Below, in pieces: positions 24,510-36,422 of a stretch of 64,000 bases of DNA. Source of the stretch: Alphaproteobacteria bacterium (lineage in GTDB: Bacteria > Pseudomonadota > Alphaproteobacteria > Acetobacterales > Acetobacteraceae); assembly GCA_020850755.1 (NCBI GenBank), contig JADZEB010000025.1:9546-73545 (forward strand). The letters are read 5' to 3'. Under the pieces are notes generated by a model. That model was not told where the DNA came from. It made no database searches and saw only the letters and a program-made list of their open reading frames with translations. How positions within the stretch are numbered: the stretch's first letter is position 1; each line of letters opens with the position of its first letter. The position numbers and the translations under genes were made by a program.

Positions 24510-26081
24510 ATGGCCTTCGGCACGCGTCTCAAGGGCCTGGGGGCCCTTGTCGGCCTGGTTCTCGCCGCCACCGCGGCGCAGCCGCCCGCCGCGCTGGATG
24601 GTGCCGGTGGCGCGGCGCTGGCGCAGCAGGCGCCCGGGAGCGTGCTGCGCATCCGCATCGGCTCGGACGTGACGAGCTTCGATCCGCACCGCCCCTCGAC
24701 GATCGAAAACACCAGCTTCTCGGTCCATGTCTATGACGGGCTGTTCGGCTACAATCTGCGCACGATGACGATCGAGCCCAGGCTGGTGCGCGAGTACAGC
24801 GTCAGCGAGGACGGCCTCACCTACACCTTCCATCTGCGCGAAGGCGTGCAGTTCCACCGCAATTTCGGCGAACTCACGGCCGAGGACGTGAAGTTCTCGT
24901 ATGAGCGGGTGCTCAACCCTGCCACGGCCTCGCCCTGGCGTGCGGATCTGCGCGCCATTGCCTCGATCACGACCGAGGGGAAGTACACGGTCGTGATCCG
25001 GCTGTCGGCACCGAATGCCAACTTCCTGCATGCCCTGACCAGCCGCAACCAGGCCCTGATCCTGAGCAAGCGCGCGATCGAGCAGATGGGCAATGACTGG
25101 GCGCTGAACCCTGTGGGCACCGGCGCCTACATGTTCGAGGCCTGGCGCCCGGGCGAGCGCGTTGTGTTGCGCGCCAACCCCAACTATTTCCGCGGCCGTT
25201 CGCCGATCGACCGGGTCGAACTCATGCTGATCCCGGAGGAGACCTCGGCCGAGATCGCGCTGCTCAACCGCGAGATCGACGTCTTCTTCGCCTTGCAGTC
25301 GCCGGAGATCATCCAGCGCCTGCAGGCGCGCAGCGGCGTGACGGTGGACAGCCGCCCGGCCCTGATCTCCTGCCACCTCGTGCTCAACAACACAGTCCGT
25401 CCGCTCAACGATGTGCGCGTGCGCCGCGCGATGGCCCATGCCGTCAATCGCGAGAGCCTGGTGCGCGATTTCTTCCGCGGCACCAAGGTGCTGACGGCGA
25501 CGCCGCTGACACCCGAGTACCAGGAATACACCACCGAGGTTCCGCAGTACCCCTATGATCCGGCCCGCGCGCGTGCGCTCCTGGCCGAGGCGGGGCTCGC
25601 CGGCGGCTTCGACTTCCACTATGTCACGGTGGCACTCGCGCCCTACGACCAGTTCCCGGTCGCGGTGGCCGAGGACCTCAAGGCCGTGGGCATCCGTGTC
25701 CGTCTCACCGTGATGGAGCGCGCCGCCTACGGTGCCGCGCGCGCCGCCGGCACCATCCCGAGCGCCACCACCTGCCCCTCGAACTCGCCCAACCCGGACA
25801 CGCTGCTGCGCGCGCTGGTGCACAGCGACGGCTTCCCGCCGGGCGTGAACACGGCTCGCTACAATGGCGCCGACGAACTGCTGAACGCGGCCCAGCGCGA
25901 GCGCGATCCGGCCAAGCGCGTCGATCTCTACCGCCAGGCGCAGCGCCAGATCATGACCGACGTGCCGCTGATCCCGCTCTATGCCGATCGCCTGTTCACC
26001 GCACGCCACAACGGCGTCGAGGGCGTGCTCACCTCCGCCGCCTTCTGGGTCGAGAGCTACGGCGCGACCGTGCGGCGGTGA
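24510..26081 (+). CDS. ABC transporter substrate-binding protein, family 5
   Basis: Signal peptide, then YTFHLREGVQFHRNFGELTAEDVKFSYERV, typical of SBP_bac_5. AAGGGAGGGG SD. Confidence 0.85.
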   Translation: MAFGTRLKGLGALVGLVLAATAAQPPAALDGAGGAALAQQAPGSVLRIRIGSDVTSFDPHRPSTIENTSFSVHVYDGLFGYNLRTMTIEPRLVREYSVSEDGLTYTFHLREGVQFHRNFGELTAEDVKFSYERVLNPATASPWRADLRAIASITTEGKYTVVIRLSAPNANFLHALTSRNQALILSKRAIEQMGNDWALNPVGTGAYMFEAWRPGERVVLRANPNYFRGRSPIDRVELMLIPEETSAEIALLNREIDVFFALQSPEIIQRLQARSGVTVDSRPALISCHLVLNNTVRPLNDVRVRRAMAHAVNRESLVRDFFRGTKVLTATPLTPEYQEYTTEVPQYPYDPARARALLAEAGLAGGFDFHYVTVALAPYDQFPVAVAEDLKAVGIRVRLTVMERAAYGAARAAGTIPSATTCPSNSPNPDTLLRALVHSDGFPPGVNTARYNGADELLNAAQRERDPAKRVDLYRQAQRQIMTDVPLIPLYADRLFTARHNGVEGVLTSAAFWVESYGATVRR

Positions 26082-26116
26082 GCACGCGGCACGCCCGGCC
26101 CTGACGGGGACCTCGG

Positions 26117-27052
26117 ATGCTGCGCTACGCGGCGAGCAGGCTGATCCTGGTCATTCCGACCGTGCTCGGCATGGTCACGATCGCCTTCTTCACGCTGCGC
26201 GCCCTGCCGGGCGATCCCGCCATCGCCATACTGGGCGAGTTCGCGACCGAGCAGGCACTGCAGGACCTGCGCGTCGCGCTCGGCCTCGACCAGCCGCTCT
26301 GGGTGCAGTTCGGCCGCTTCGTGCGCGGTCTCGTCGCCGGCGATCTCGGCCGCTCGGCGATCACGCGCCAACCGGCGATGCGCGAGGTGATGAGCGTGCT
26401 GCCGCCATCGCTGATGCTGGCCGGGTGCAGCGTTCTGATAGCGATCCTGGCCGGCCTGCCGATCGGCATGGTATCGGCGCTGCGGCAGGGAAGCTGGGTC
26501 GACTACCTGCTGATGGTTGTCACCATCAGCGGCATCAGCTTCCCGGTGTTCTGGATCGGGCTGATCATGATCGTGCTCTTCGCCCACACGATCAAGCTGT
26601 TCCCGGCCGTGGGCGCGGGTTCCCCTGGCGACCTGCTCAGCCAGGCCCATGCGATGGTGCTGCCGGCGATCGTGCTGGCGGCCGGGGGCACCGCCTATAT
26701 CGCGCGCCTGACGCGCTCGGCCATGCTGGAGATACTGCGCCAGGACTACATGCTGGTCGCCAAGGCCATGGGCATACGCGAGCGCCGCATCCTGTGGTAT
26801 GGCCTGCGCAATGCGCTGCCGCCGATCCTGGGCGTGATCGGCGTCACCTTCGCGGTGGCGATCGGCAACGCGATCCTGGTCGAGGTGGTGTTCTCCCGGC
26901 CCGGGCTCGGCTCGCTCATCATCAAGGCCACCTTCTCGCGCGACTACCAGCTCCTGCAGGCGGGGCTTCTGGTACTGTCGATCTCGGTGGTGCTGGTCAA
27001 CCTCGTGCTTGATCTGCTCTACCCGCTGGTCGATCCGCGCGTGAGGCGCTAG
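26117..27052 (+). CDS. ABC transporter permease (DppB-like)
   Basis: PGDP N-terminal motif, EAA loop (YI.RLTRSAMLE) and RDY..LQ. Confidence 0.85.
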   Translation: MLRYAASRLILVIPTVLGMVTIAFFTLRALPGDPAIAILGEFATEQALQDLRVALGLDQPLWVQFGRFVRGLVAGDLGRSAITRQPAMREVMSVLPPSLMLAGCSVLIAILAGLPIGMVSALRQGSWVDYLLMVVTISGISFPVFWIGLIMIVLFAHTIKLFPAVGAGSPGDLLSQAHAMVLPAIVLAAGGTAYIARLTRSAMLEILRQDYMLVAKAMGIRERRILWYGLRNALPPILGVIGVTFAVAIGNAILVEVVFSRPGLGSLIIKATFSRDYQLLQAGLLVLSISVVLVNLVLDLLYPLVDPRVRR

Positions 27053-27054
27053 CC

Positions 27055-27957
27055 ATGACCACCAGCGCCACCGCCGACGCTGCCCCCTCGCCCTCGCTCT
27101 GGATCCGCCTGCGGCGCACGCCCTATCTGCGCCACCGCGGCCTGATGACCGGCGTTGTCCTGACCGTACTGTTCGTGCTGGTGGCACTGCTCGGGCCGTT
27201 GCTCGCGCCCCACGATCCGCTCACCACCAACCTGCGCAACGCGCTTGCCCCGCCAGGCGCCGACTATCTGCTCGGCACCGACCGGTTCGGCCGCGACGTC
27301 TTCTCGCGCCTGCTGTTCGGCGCCCGCGCCTCGCTTCTGGTGGCGCTCTCGGTGGGCGCGATCTCGCTCACCTGCGGGGTGATCATCGGCACGGCGGCGG
27401 GCTTTGCCGGCGGCTGGACCGACCGCATCCTGCTCGGCCTGATCAACATCCTGCTCGCCTTCCCGGGCTTCCTGCTGGCGCTGGCCTTCGTCGCGGTCCG
27501 CGGCTCCTCGCTCGGCAATGTCATCGCCGCCGTGGCGATCGCCTACACGCCGCGCGTGGCGATCGTAATGCGCGCGGTGGTGATGACGATACGCCCGCGC
27601 CAGTTCATCGAGGCGAGCTACGCCATCGGCGTGCCGACACTGCGCATCGTCTGGAAGCATGTGCTGCCCAACAGCCTGCCGCCGGTGATCGTGGTGGCGA
27701 CCGTCTCGGCCGCCTTCGCCGTGCTGGCCGAGGCGGGCCTGAGCTTCCTCGGGCTCGGGGTGCAGCCGCCGGCGCCGACCTGGGGCAATGTCATCACCGA
27801 GGGCCGCCCCTTTCTCGTGTCGCATCCCTGGATCAGCCTCTCGGCCGGCGCCTCGATCGCCGCCGCGGTGACCGGCCTCAACCTGCTCGGCGATGGCGTG
27901 CGCGACACGCTCGATCCCTTCCTGCGCAACCAGACCAGCACCAACATCTTCAAGTAG
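27055..27957 (+). CDS. ABC transporter permease (DppC-like)
   Basis: LGTDRFGRDVFSRLLFGAR motif and six TM segments. Confidence 0.85.
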   Translation: MTTSATADAAPSPSLWIRLRRTPYLRHRGLMTGVVLTVLFVLVALLGPLLAPHDPLTTNLRNALAPPGADYLLGTDRFGRDVFSRLLFGARASLLVALSVGAISLTCGVIIGTAAGFAGGWTDRILLGLINILLAFPGFLLALAFVAVRGSSLGNVIAAVAIAYTPRVAIVMRAVVMTIRPRQFIEASYAIGVPTLRIVWKHVLPNSLPPVIVVATVSAAFAVLAEAGLSFLGLGVQPPAPTWGNVITEGRPFLVSHPWISLSAGASIAAAVTGLNLLGDGVRDTLDPFLRNQTSTNIFK

Positions 27958-27978
27958 CTACGCAAATGGCCGGCCGGG

Positions 27979-30135
<2,157 letters not shown>

Positions 30136-30159
30136 CGGGCCGGGCCGCCATGCATCCGC

Positions 30160-30975
30160 TCAGGCGCCGTGGCGGTCCCAGAAATCACCGATGCGCCCGT
30201 CGAATTCGGCGACGAAGGCGGGCGACTGGCGGAAGCTGTGCGGCACGCCCTTCATCACATGCACTTCGGCATGGCGGATGCCCTGCTTCTGCTCGAACAG
30301 CAGCCTGTCGCCGGTGATGTAGTCGGTTGCATCGCCGGTGATGAGCAGCGTCGGCGCCGTGATGCGAGGCAGCCGCTCGCGCACGTCATGGGCAAGGCAG
30401 GAGTCCATGAAGGCCAGATGTGCGTCGCGATGCGCCCGGATCGCCTGCCAGCCGCTGCCCAGGATCGCCGCCTCGTGCCTGTCCATGTAGTCGGGCGTGT
30501 AGCAGAGAGCGGCGGCCAGGCGCTGATAGGCCGGGAAGCCTGATTCGCGCAGCAGGTGCTGCATCGCCTCGATCTGGTAGCGCAGCATGACATCGCAGCG
30601 CGCCCAGCCCTGGTGCAGCACCAGCGAGGCGACGCGACCGGGTATCATGGTCGCGAGTTCCATCATCACGATCGCGCCCATGCCGCCGATGCCGATCAGG
30701 TGCGGCCGCTCCACGCCCTCGGCATCGATGATCGCGAGCAGGTCGCGGGCATAGATCGGCACCGAATGGCGGAACCCGTCGCTGGCCGGGCTTTTCCCGG
30801 TGTCACGGTAGTGGAATGTGGTGATCTGGCGGGTGGAGAGCGCGCGCGGCAGCGCCTCGGTGAAGTCGCGCGGGCCCGGCACGGTCCAGCCGGTGGCGCC
30901 GAAGATGCGCGTGCCACGGCCGGCATGCTCGTAGTGGAGCTTCAACACCTTGTCACGCGCGGGGGGCTTGGCCAT
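30160..30975 (-). CDS. Alpha/beta-hydrolase fold protein lacking the canonical nucleophile serine
   Basis: 271 aa with an overall abhydrolase layout (...HLIGIGGMGAIVMMELA..., ...LLITGDATDYI, ...GVPHSF). The nucleophile elbow reads G-I-G-G-M-G rather than G-x-S-x-G. Confidence 0.6.
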   Translation of the reverse strand: MAKPPARDKVLKLHYEHAGRGTRIFGATGWTVPGPRDFTEALPRALSTRQITTFHYRDTGKSPASDGFRHSVPIYARDLLAIIDAEGVERPHLIGIGGMGAIVMMELATMIPGRVASLVLHQGWARCDVMLRYQIEAMQHLLRESGFPAYQRLAAALCYTPDYMDRHEAAILGSGWQAIRAHRDAHLAFMDSCLAHDVRERLPRITAPTLLITGDATDYITGDRLLFEQKQGIRHAEVHVMKGVPHSFRQSPAFVAEFDGRIGDFWDRHGA

Positions 30976-31015
30976 GTGACTGTCCTTCCTGATCGCAGCC
31001 TCCGCTGCGCCGCTT

Positions 31016-32869
31016 TCAGCGCGCGGCCTTGCGGACCGGCAGGCGCATCACCGACGGATGCTTGGCATCCATGAACACGGCATTGCGCGCCGTGACCGCG
31101 CCGCGGATCTTGTCGAAGTCGGCGCCGGTGTTGGTGTTGACGTCGAACTGCGGGAAGCTGCTCGAGGAGATGTCGAGCCGGATGCGGTGGCCCGGGGCGA
31201 ACAGGTTGCTGATCACCATCGGGCCTAGCGTGATCTTGTAGACCTTGCCGGGCTCGATCAGCTCGCGCTTCAACCGGCCGTCGCGGTAGCTCATGCGCTG
31301 GATCTCCTCGACCAGTACCAGGGCGAATCCTTCCGGATAGTCCTGGTTCGGCGGGCACTCATCGACCAGCTTGGCGGTGAAATCGGTATCGACCGCCGAG
31401 GACCGCACCCAGAGATCGACATAGACATCCCCAGTGACTTCCAGCGCCTCCTTCAGCGGCTCGGTGCGGAAAACAAGCACATCGGGTCGGCTGGCGAGCG
31501 TGGCCCGGTCGCGCGTCAGGGCGAAGCCCTTCTGGCCGCGCTGGTCGTAGCCGCCGCCATGGATCAGGTTGCCGACATAACGCGGATTCTGCACCGCGCC
31601 GCCGATGGTCGGCACCGGGTCGGCCGGGTTGAAGACGTATTCGAGCGGCGCGACGGTGCCCTTGGCCAGCTTGGGCGTGAAGCCTCCATCGGCGCCGAGA
31701 TAGAGCTTCTCCTCCTTCGCATCGGGCGGCGGCCAGCTTTCGATCGCGCGCCAGTGCCCGCCATGCTGCATGCGGTTGTCGTAGTCGCGCAGGCCGGACC
31801 CGCCGCCCATGACGAAGACCTTGATGTCGGGCTCGTCCAGCATGCCCGTGTTCATGCCCTTCATGAACTGGTCAAACCAGCGCAGCCGGTAGTCGTTGAG
31901 GTTGATGTAGACATCGTTGCCGAAATTGGCGTTGCCGGCGAAGCGCTGCTCCATGAAGTCTTCCTGGTGCAGCCAGGGACCCACGATCAGCTGCGCGGGA
32001 GCCTTGTTGTTCTTGCGGAAGATGCGGTGTTTCTCGAAATTGCCCCAGGCATGGCGGTTGCCGTACCAGCTCGACGCCATCAGCAGCGGGATATCGGGAT
32101 AGTCGTCGATGAAGTCCTGGAGATTGGTCATCGGCGTCTGATAAAGCTTGGTGTAGTCGCCCTGGGTCGAGATATCGAAATACCAGCGCTCATAGCTCGG
32201 CGCGAGCGCGAGCGGCGTGGCGCCGGGGCGCAGCGGCAGCTTGCGGATCCAGTTGTCGATGTCGGCAAGATAGGCTTCCAGCGCGCGGCGCACCTCCGGG
32301 TTGGCGCGCGCCTCGTGGCCGCTGATCGCCATGCGGAAGACATAGGGCGCGAATATGCCCTCGGCGAAGGCGCCATTGTTGCGCAGTGTCCGCCGCCAGT
32401 AGTTGATCGAGCAGTCGAGCAGAACCTGCGTCGTCAGGTGCGGCGGCTGGCACACCGCCAGCGCCTGCTGGTTCGAGCCGGCGAAGGAGAGGCCCGTGGT
32501 GCCGACCTTGCCGTTCGACCAGGCCTGCTTCGCCACCCACTCCACCGTATCGTAGCCATCCAGCCCCTCGTGATGGGCGTTGTAGAAGTGGAACTCGCCT
32601 TCCGAATCATAGCGCCCGCGGCAATCGACCACGAACCAGTTGTAGCCGCGGGCCGCGAAGTACTGACCGCACTGCCACTGGAACTGCCGCGTGCGGTCGT
32701 AGGGCGTGCGTTCGAGAATGGTCGGGAACCTGCTGGGCAGCGGGCGGCCCTTGTCGTCCGCCGGGCGGTAGAGGTCCCCGGCGAGCGTGATCCCGTCGCG
32801 CATGGGCACGCGCAGATTGCCTGCGAACGCGACGCGATGGGCGATGAACGAACCTTGGCGACTGCTCAT
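31016..32869 (-). CDS. CocE/NonD family hydrolase (S15 X-Pro dipeptidyl-peptidase-like)
   Basis: LERTPYDR, VVDCRGRYDSEG, GTTGLSFAGSNQ (nucleophile elbow as in CocE GVSYLG) and a C-terminal jelly-roll region. ATG 32869 has GGGAGGGA upstream, and the ORF-track start 32905 is GTG. Confidence 0.75.
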   Translation of the reverse strand: MSSRQGSFIAHRVAFAGNLRVPMRDGITLAGDLYRPADDKGRPLPSRFPTILERTPYDRTRQFQWQCGQYFAARGYNWFVVDCRGRYDSEGEFHFYNAHHEGLDGYDTVEWVAKQAWSNGKVGTTGLSFAGSNQQALAVCQPPHLTTQVLLDCSINYWRRTLRNNGAFAEGIFAPYVFRMAISGHEARANPEVRRALEAYLADIDNWIRKLPLRPGATPLALAPSYERWYFDISTQGDYTKLYQTPMTNLQDFIDDYPDIPLLMASSWYGNRHAWGNFEKHRIFRKNNKAPAQLIVGPWLHQEDFMEQRFAGNANFGNDVYINLNDYRLRWFDQFMKGMNTGMLDEPDIKVFVMGGGSGLRDYDNRMQHGGHWRAIESWPPPDAKEEKLYLGADGGFTPKLAKGTVAPLEYVFNPADPVPTIGGAVQNPRYVGNLIHGGGYDQRGQKGFALTRDRATLASRPDVLVFRTEPLKEALEVTGDVYVDLWVRSSAVDTDFTAKLVDECPPNQDYPEGFALVLVEEIQRMSYRDGRLKRELIEPGKVYKITLGPMVISNLFAPGHRIRLDISSSSFPQFDVNTNTGADFDKIRGAVTARNAVFMDAKHPSVMRLPVRKAAR

Positions 32870-32981
32870 GGGTCCCTCCCGGCTGGGGTGGAGGCGCACC
32901 GGCACGGGTCGTTGCCCGGCCGTATCGACGCCAGTCTAGGCAGCTTGGTGCCATGCGTGAAGGGTCCGCGGTAACAGGGCC

Positions 32982-33002
32982 CCGGGCCGGTACGCGGCCC
33001 GG
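32982..33002 (-). terminator. GC hairpin just after the stop of the oxidoreductase gene (possible terminator or RNA-stability element, no U-tract)
   Basis: CCGGGCCG-GTACG-CGGCCCGG is a perfect 8-bp stem, located 5 nt from the stop at 33007. Confidence 0.3.
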
Positions 33003-33006
33003 CCAG

Positions 33007-34023
33007 TCAGCTGTCCTGCGTGTAGTGCGCCACACGCCGGATCTCGACCAGCACGTCGAGATCGCGCACGGAATCCGAAAGCGGCGAGTCATTGCCGCCC
33101 TTCCCGCGCAGGTGGCGCGCGAATGCGAGGAGCTGGTTGGTGTAGGGGCTGGCGCGCGGGCGCAGGATTTCCCGCCGCGTCTGCCCCGCGCGGTCGAACA
33201 GCGTCAGGCGCGGGAAGGCGTAGGGCCGGTGCGGATACCAGAGGTCGAGATGCAGCGCACCCGCCTCGCCATAGACCGAGATCGTCTCGCCGCATTCCAT
33301 GCCGCGCAGCTGGTGGTGCGAGGCGAGCACTGTGCCGAAGGACAGCGTGACGATACCGAGATTGTGGTCAGCCGCGCGATACACCGCGCCATGCACCGCC
33401 GTCACCTCGCCCAGCCAGAAGCGCAGCAGGTTGATGTGATGGATCGAGTTCTCGGCCAGCCAGTCGGGGCCGAGATCCTGCGGCGCGAGGGCGGGATCGG
33501 GCGGGGCCTTCTCGGCCGCCGCATAGGCGCGATAGACGCTCGGGAAGGCAAGCCGGCACTGGCTCACCGCCGCGCGCGGCGCACCGATCGCGCCTTCGGC
33601 CAGAAGCCGCCGCGCCTCGCGGCAATCATCATCGTAGCGCCGATGATAGCCGACCAGGCAGCGCACGCCGCTTGCCGCCACGGCGGCCACCGCCGCGCGC
33701 GCCTCGGCCAGGCTGTAGGCGACCGGCTTCTCGACCAGGATGTGCCGTCCCGCCGCCGCCGCCTGCGCGATCAGCGCGGCGTGGCTGCGCGGCGGCGTCG
33801 CCATCAGCACCGCATCGAAGGCGGCGCCGCGCAATGCATCGTCAAGCGTGGCGAAGCTCGGCGCGCCGAACGGCGCGGCCACGGCCCGTGCCCGGTCAGG
33901 GTCCGGATCGACCGTTGCCGCCACCGCAACTTCCGGCTGCGCGGTAAGCAGCGCCGGCACATGCTCGGCCTGGGTGATGTAGCCGCAGCCGATGAGCGCG
34001 ATCCTGATCGGGGGAGTAGACAT
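33007..34023 (-). CDS. Gfo/Idh/MocA family oxidoreductase
   Basis: IRIALIGCGYITQAEHVPAL Rossmann motif, ILVEKPV motif, 338 aa. Confidence 0.75.
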   Translation of the reverse strand: MSTPPIRIALIGCGYITQAEHVPALLTAQPEVAVAATVDPDPDRARAVAAPFGAPSFATLDDALRGAAFDAVLMATPPRSHAALIAQAAAAGRHILVEKPVAYSLAEARAAVAAVAASGVRCLVGYHRRYDDDCREARRLLAEGAIGAPRAAVSQCRLAFPSVYRAYAAAEKAPPDPALAPQDLGPDWLAENSIHHINLLRFWLGEVTAVHGAVYRAADHNLGIVTLSFGTVLASHHQLRGMECGETISVYGEAGALHLDLWYPHRPYAFPRLTLFDRAGQTRREILRPRASPYTNQLLAFARHLRGKGGNDSPLSDSVRDLDVLVEIRRVAHYTQDS

Positions 34024-34273
34024 CTCGCGGCGCTCCGTCCGGCGCGTGGAAGGGTTGATGCCGACCGGCAGCAGCCGTTTCCAGGCATGAAACCGCCGTG
34101 GATTTTCTCTCTAGGCACGTCGGCGCTGCCCTGTCTAATCTCGGTCGTTCCGATGTCGCATTGTCGTCGATGATGGTCCCGAGCGCCAGACGGCAACCAG
34201 GAGGACGGATGACGTTTTCAGATCGCGCAGGAGATCTGCGCCGCCCGATCTCCGCCGCTACCCGAGGCCGCAC

Positions 34274-36406
34274 ATGAGTGCATCGGCAGCATCACGCGGA
34301 CCCGGCTGCCGGATCGGCATCGATGTCGGCGGCACGTTCACCGATTTCGTGCTGGCCGACCTGCGCACCGGCGCGCTCACCCGCTACAAGGAAGCGAGCG
34401 TTCCCTCCGATCCGTCGCTTTCGGTCAAGCGCGGCCTGCCGGCGCTGCTCGCCAGGGCTGGCGCCAAGCCCGAGGATGTCGAGCTGATCGTCCACGGCAC
34501 CACGCTGCTCGTGAACGCGATCATCCAGCGTCGCGGCGCCAAGGTGGGCCTGGTCGTGTGCGAGGGCCATCGCGGCCTGCTGGAGATTGGGCGCGGGCGG
34601 CTGGCCAACACCTACGATCTCAAGATCACCAAGGAGGAGCCGCTGGTCCCGCGCAACCTGATCCTGGAGACCAAGGCCAGGATACGCGCGGACGGCAGCA
34701 TCGTCACGCGGCCCGAGCCGGGCGAGATCGCGGCGATCGCCGCACGCTTCCGCGCCGAGGGCGTGGAATCGGTGACCGTCGTCCTGCTGCACGCCTATGC
34801 CCATCCGGCGATGGAACGGGAGGTAGCGGCCGAGCTGCGCCGGCACATGCCCGACATTCCGGTGTCGGAATCGGCGCAGATCTGGCCCGAGCGGCGCGAG
34901 TTCGAGCGCTCGCTGGTGGCGATCATGAACGCCTATGTCCAGCCGATCATGGACAGCTACCTGACCCGCCTGACCGAGCGGGTGGCGAGCCTCGGCATCT
35001 CGGCACCGATCTACATCACCGCGTCGAATGGCGGCACGCTGAGCGTGGATACCACGCGCGACAGGCCGATCGAGACGATCCTCTCCGGCCCCGCCTCGGG
35101 CGTGGTCGCGGCCATGCGCGCGGCCGCCGGTCACGGCCGGATCATCACGGTGGACATGGGCGGCACCAGCGCCGATGTCGCCGTGACGCTCGGCACCGAG
35201 CCCGAATACACCACGCTGACCCATGTCGGCGACTTCCCGCTGGTGCTGCCGGTGGTGAATGTCTCGGCGATTGGCGCGGGCGGCGGCTCGATCGTATGGG
35301 TCGATCCGCAGGGCGTATTGAAGGTCGGGCCGCGCAGCGCCGGCGCCGATCCAGGCCCGGCCTGCTACGGCCGCGGCGGCCAGGATGCGACCATCACGGA
35401 CTGCTATCTCGCGGTCGGCCTGATCGACCCAGACCAGTTCCTGGGCGGGCGGATGCGGCTCGACCGCGCGGCGGCAGAGGCGGCGCTGGCGCGCATCGCC
35501 GGGCGTGCGGGCTTCACAGGCCCGGACGCCGTCCTGCGCGTGGCGGAAGCGGCGCTTCGCGTCGCCACCGCGCTGATGTCGACCGAACTCTACAAGAGCC
35601 TCGCCCAGCGCGGGATGGACCCGCAGGGTTTCTCGCTGATGGCCTTCGGCGGTGCGGGCCCCACGCACAGCACGCTGCTCGCCGCCGAGGCGCGGCTGGA
35701 AACGGTGATCATTCCGGCGGCACCGGCGACCTTCTGCGCCATGGGTGCGATCCTGGCCGATGTGAAGCGCGACTATGTGCGCTCGGAGCATCTGGAGCTG
35801 GCGCACGGTCCTGCGGCCCTCGCACGCCTGAAGACGATCTTCGCCGAACTCGCCCAGCAGGGGCATTGCTGGATCACGCGCGAGGGCGACCTGCTCGGCA
35901 AGCCGGAATTCGTGGCCAGCTGCGACATGCGCTATGCCGGCCAGGCTTTCGACCTGTCGGTGGCAGTGCCCGAGGCGCTGCGCCTTGCCCCCGACGCGAC
36001 AGAGCTCGCCGAGTTGTTCCACAAGGCGCATGAGCGCACCTACGGCTTCCGCGACCCCGACAGCGCGATCGAGATAACGACCGAACGCGTGCGCGTTGTG
36101 GGCAGGATCCCGCCGATCGCGCTGCCGGCGGTGCGGCGCGATCTTGCCGGCCCGCCCGTGGCGGCCGCCTCCCGCCGCGTCTATCACGAGGGCAGGATGC
36201 TGGACGTGCCGGTATTCGATCGCGCCACGCTCGGCGCCGCCCAGCCCGTGGTGGGCCCGGCGATCGTCGAGCAGGATGATTGCACGAGCTGGGTTGCGCC
36301 AGGATGGGCCGGGGCACTCGACGAGATTGGCAATCTGGTCCTTCGCGCCGAGCACGATGGCGCCGGCACAACGAAGCGCGACGCGCACGAAGTCGCGCTG
36401 GCATGA
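34274..36406 (+). CDS. Hydantoinase/oxoprolinase family protein, A subunit (HyuA-like)
   Basis: RIGIDVGGTFTDFV, ...TVDMGGTSADV, ...IGAGGGSI are ASKHA-fold phosphate loops typical of Hydantoinase_A. 710 aa. Confidence 0.8.
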   Translation: MSASAASRGPGCRIGIDVGGTFTDFVLADLRTGALTRYKEASVPSDPSLSVKRGLPALLARAGAKPEDVELIVHGTTLLVNAIIQRRGAKVGLVVCEGHRGLLEIGRGRLANTYDLKITKEEPLVPRNLILETKARIRADGSIVTRPEPGEIAAIAARFRAEGVESVTVVLLHAYAHPAMEREVAAELRRHMPDIPVSESAQIWPERREFERSLVAIMNAYVQPIMDSYLTRLTERVASLGISAPIYITASNGGTLSVDTTRDRPIETILSGPASGVVAAMRAAAGHGRIITVDMGGTSADVAVTLGTEPEYTTLTHVGDFPLVLPVVNVSAIGAGGGSIVWVDPQGVLKVGPRSAGADPGPACYGRGGQDATITDCYLAVGLIDPDQFLGGRMRLDRAAAEAALARIAGRAGFTGPDAVLRVAEAALRVATALMSTELYKSLAQRGMDPQGFSLMAFGGAGPTHSTLLAAEARLETVIIPAAPATFCAMGAILADVKRDYVRSEHLELAHGPAALARLKTIFAELAQQGHCWITREGDLLGKPEFVASCDMRYAGQAFDLSVAVPEALRLAPDATELAELFHKAHERTYGFRDPDSAIEITTERVRVVGRIPPIALPAVRRDLAGPPVAAASRRVYHEGRMLDVPVFDRATLGAAQPVVGPAIVEQDDCTSWVAPGWAGALDEIGNLVLRAEHDGAGTTKRDAHEVALA

Positions 36407-36422
36407 CGATGCACGCGGCCCC

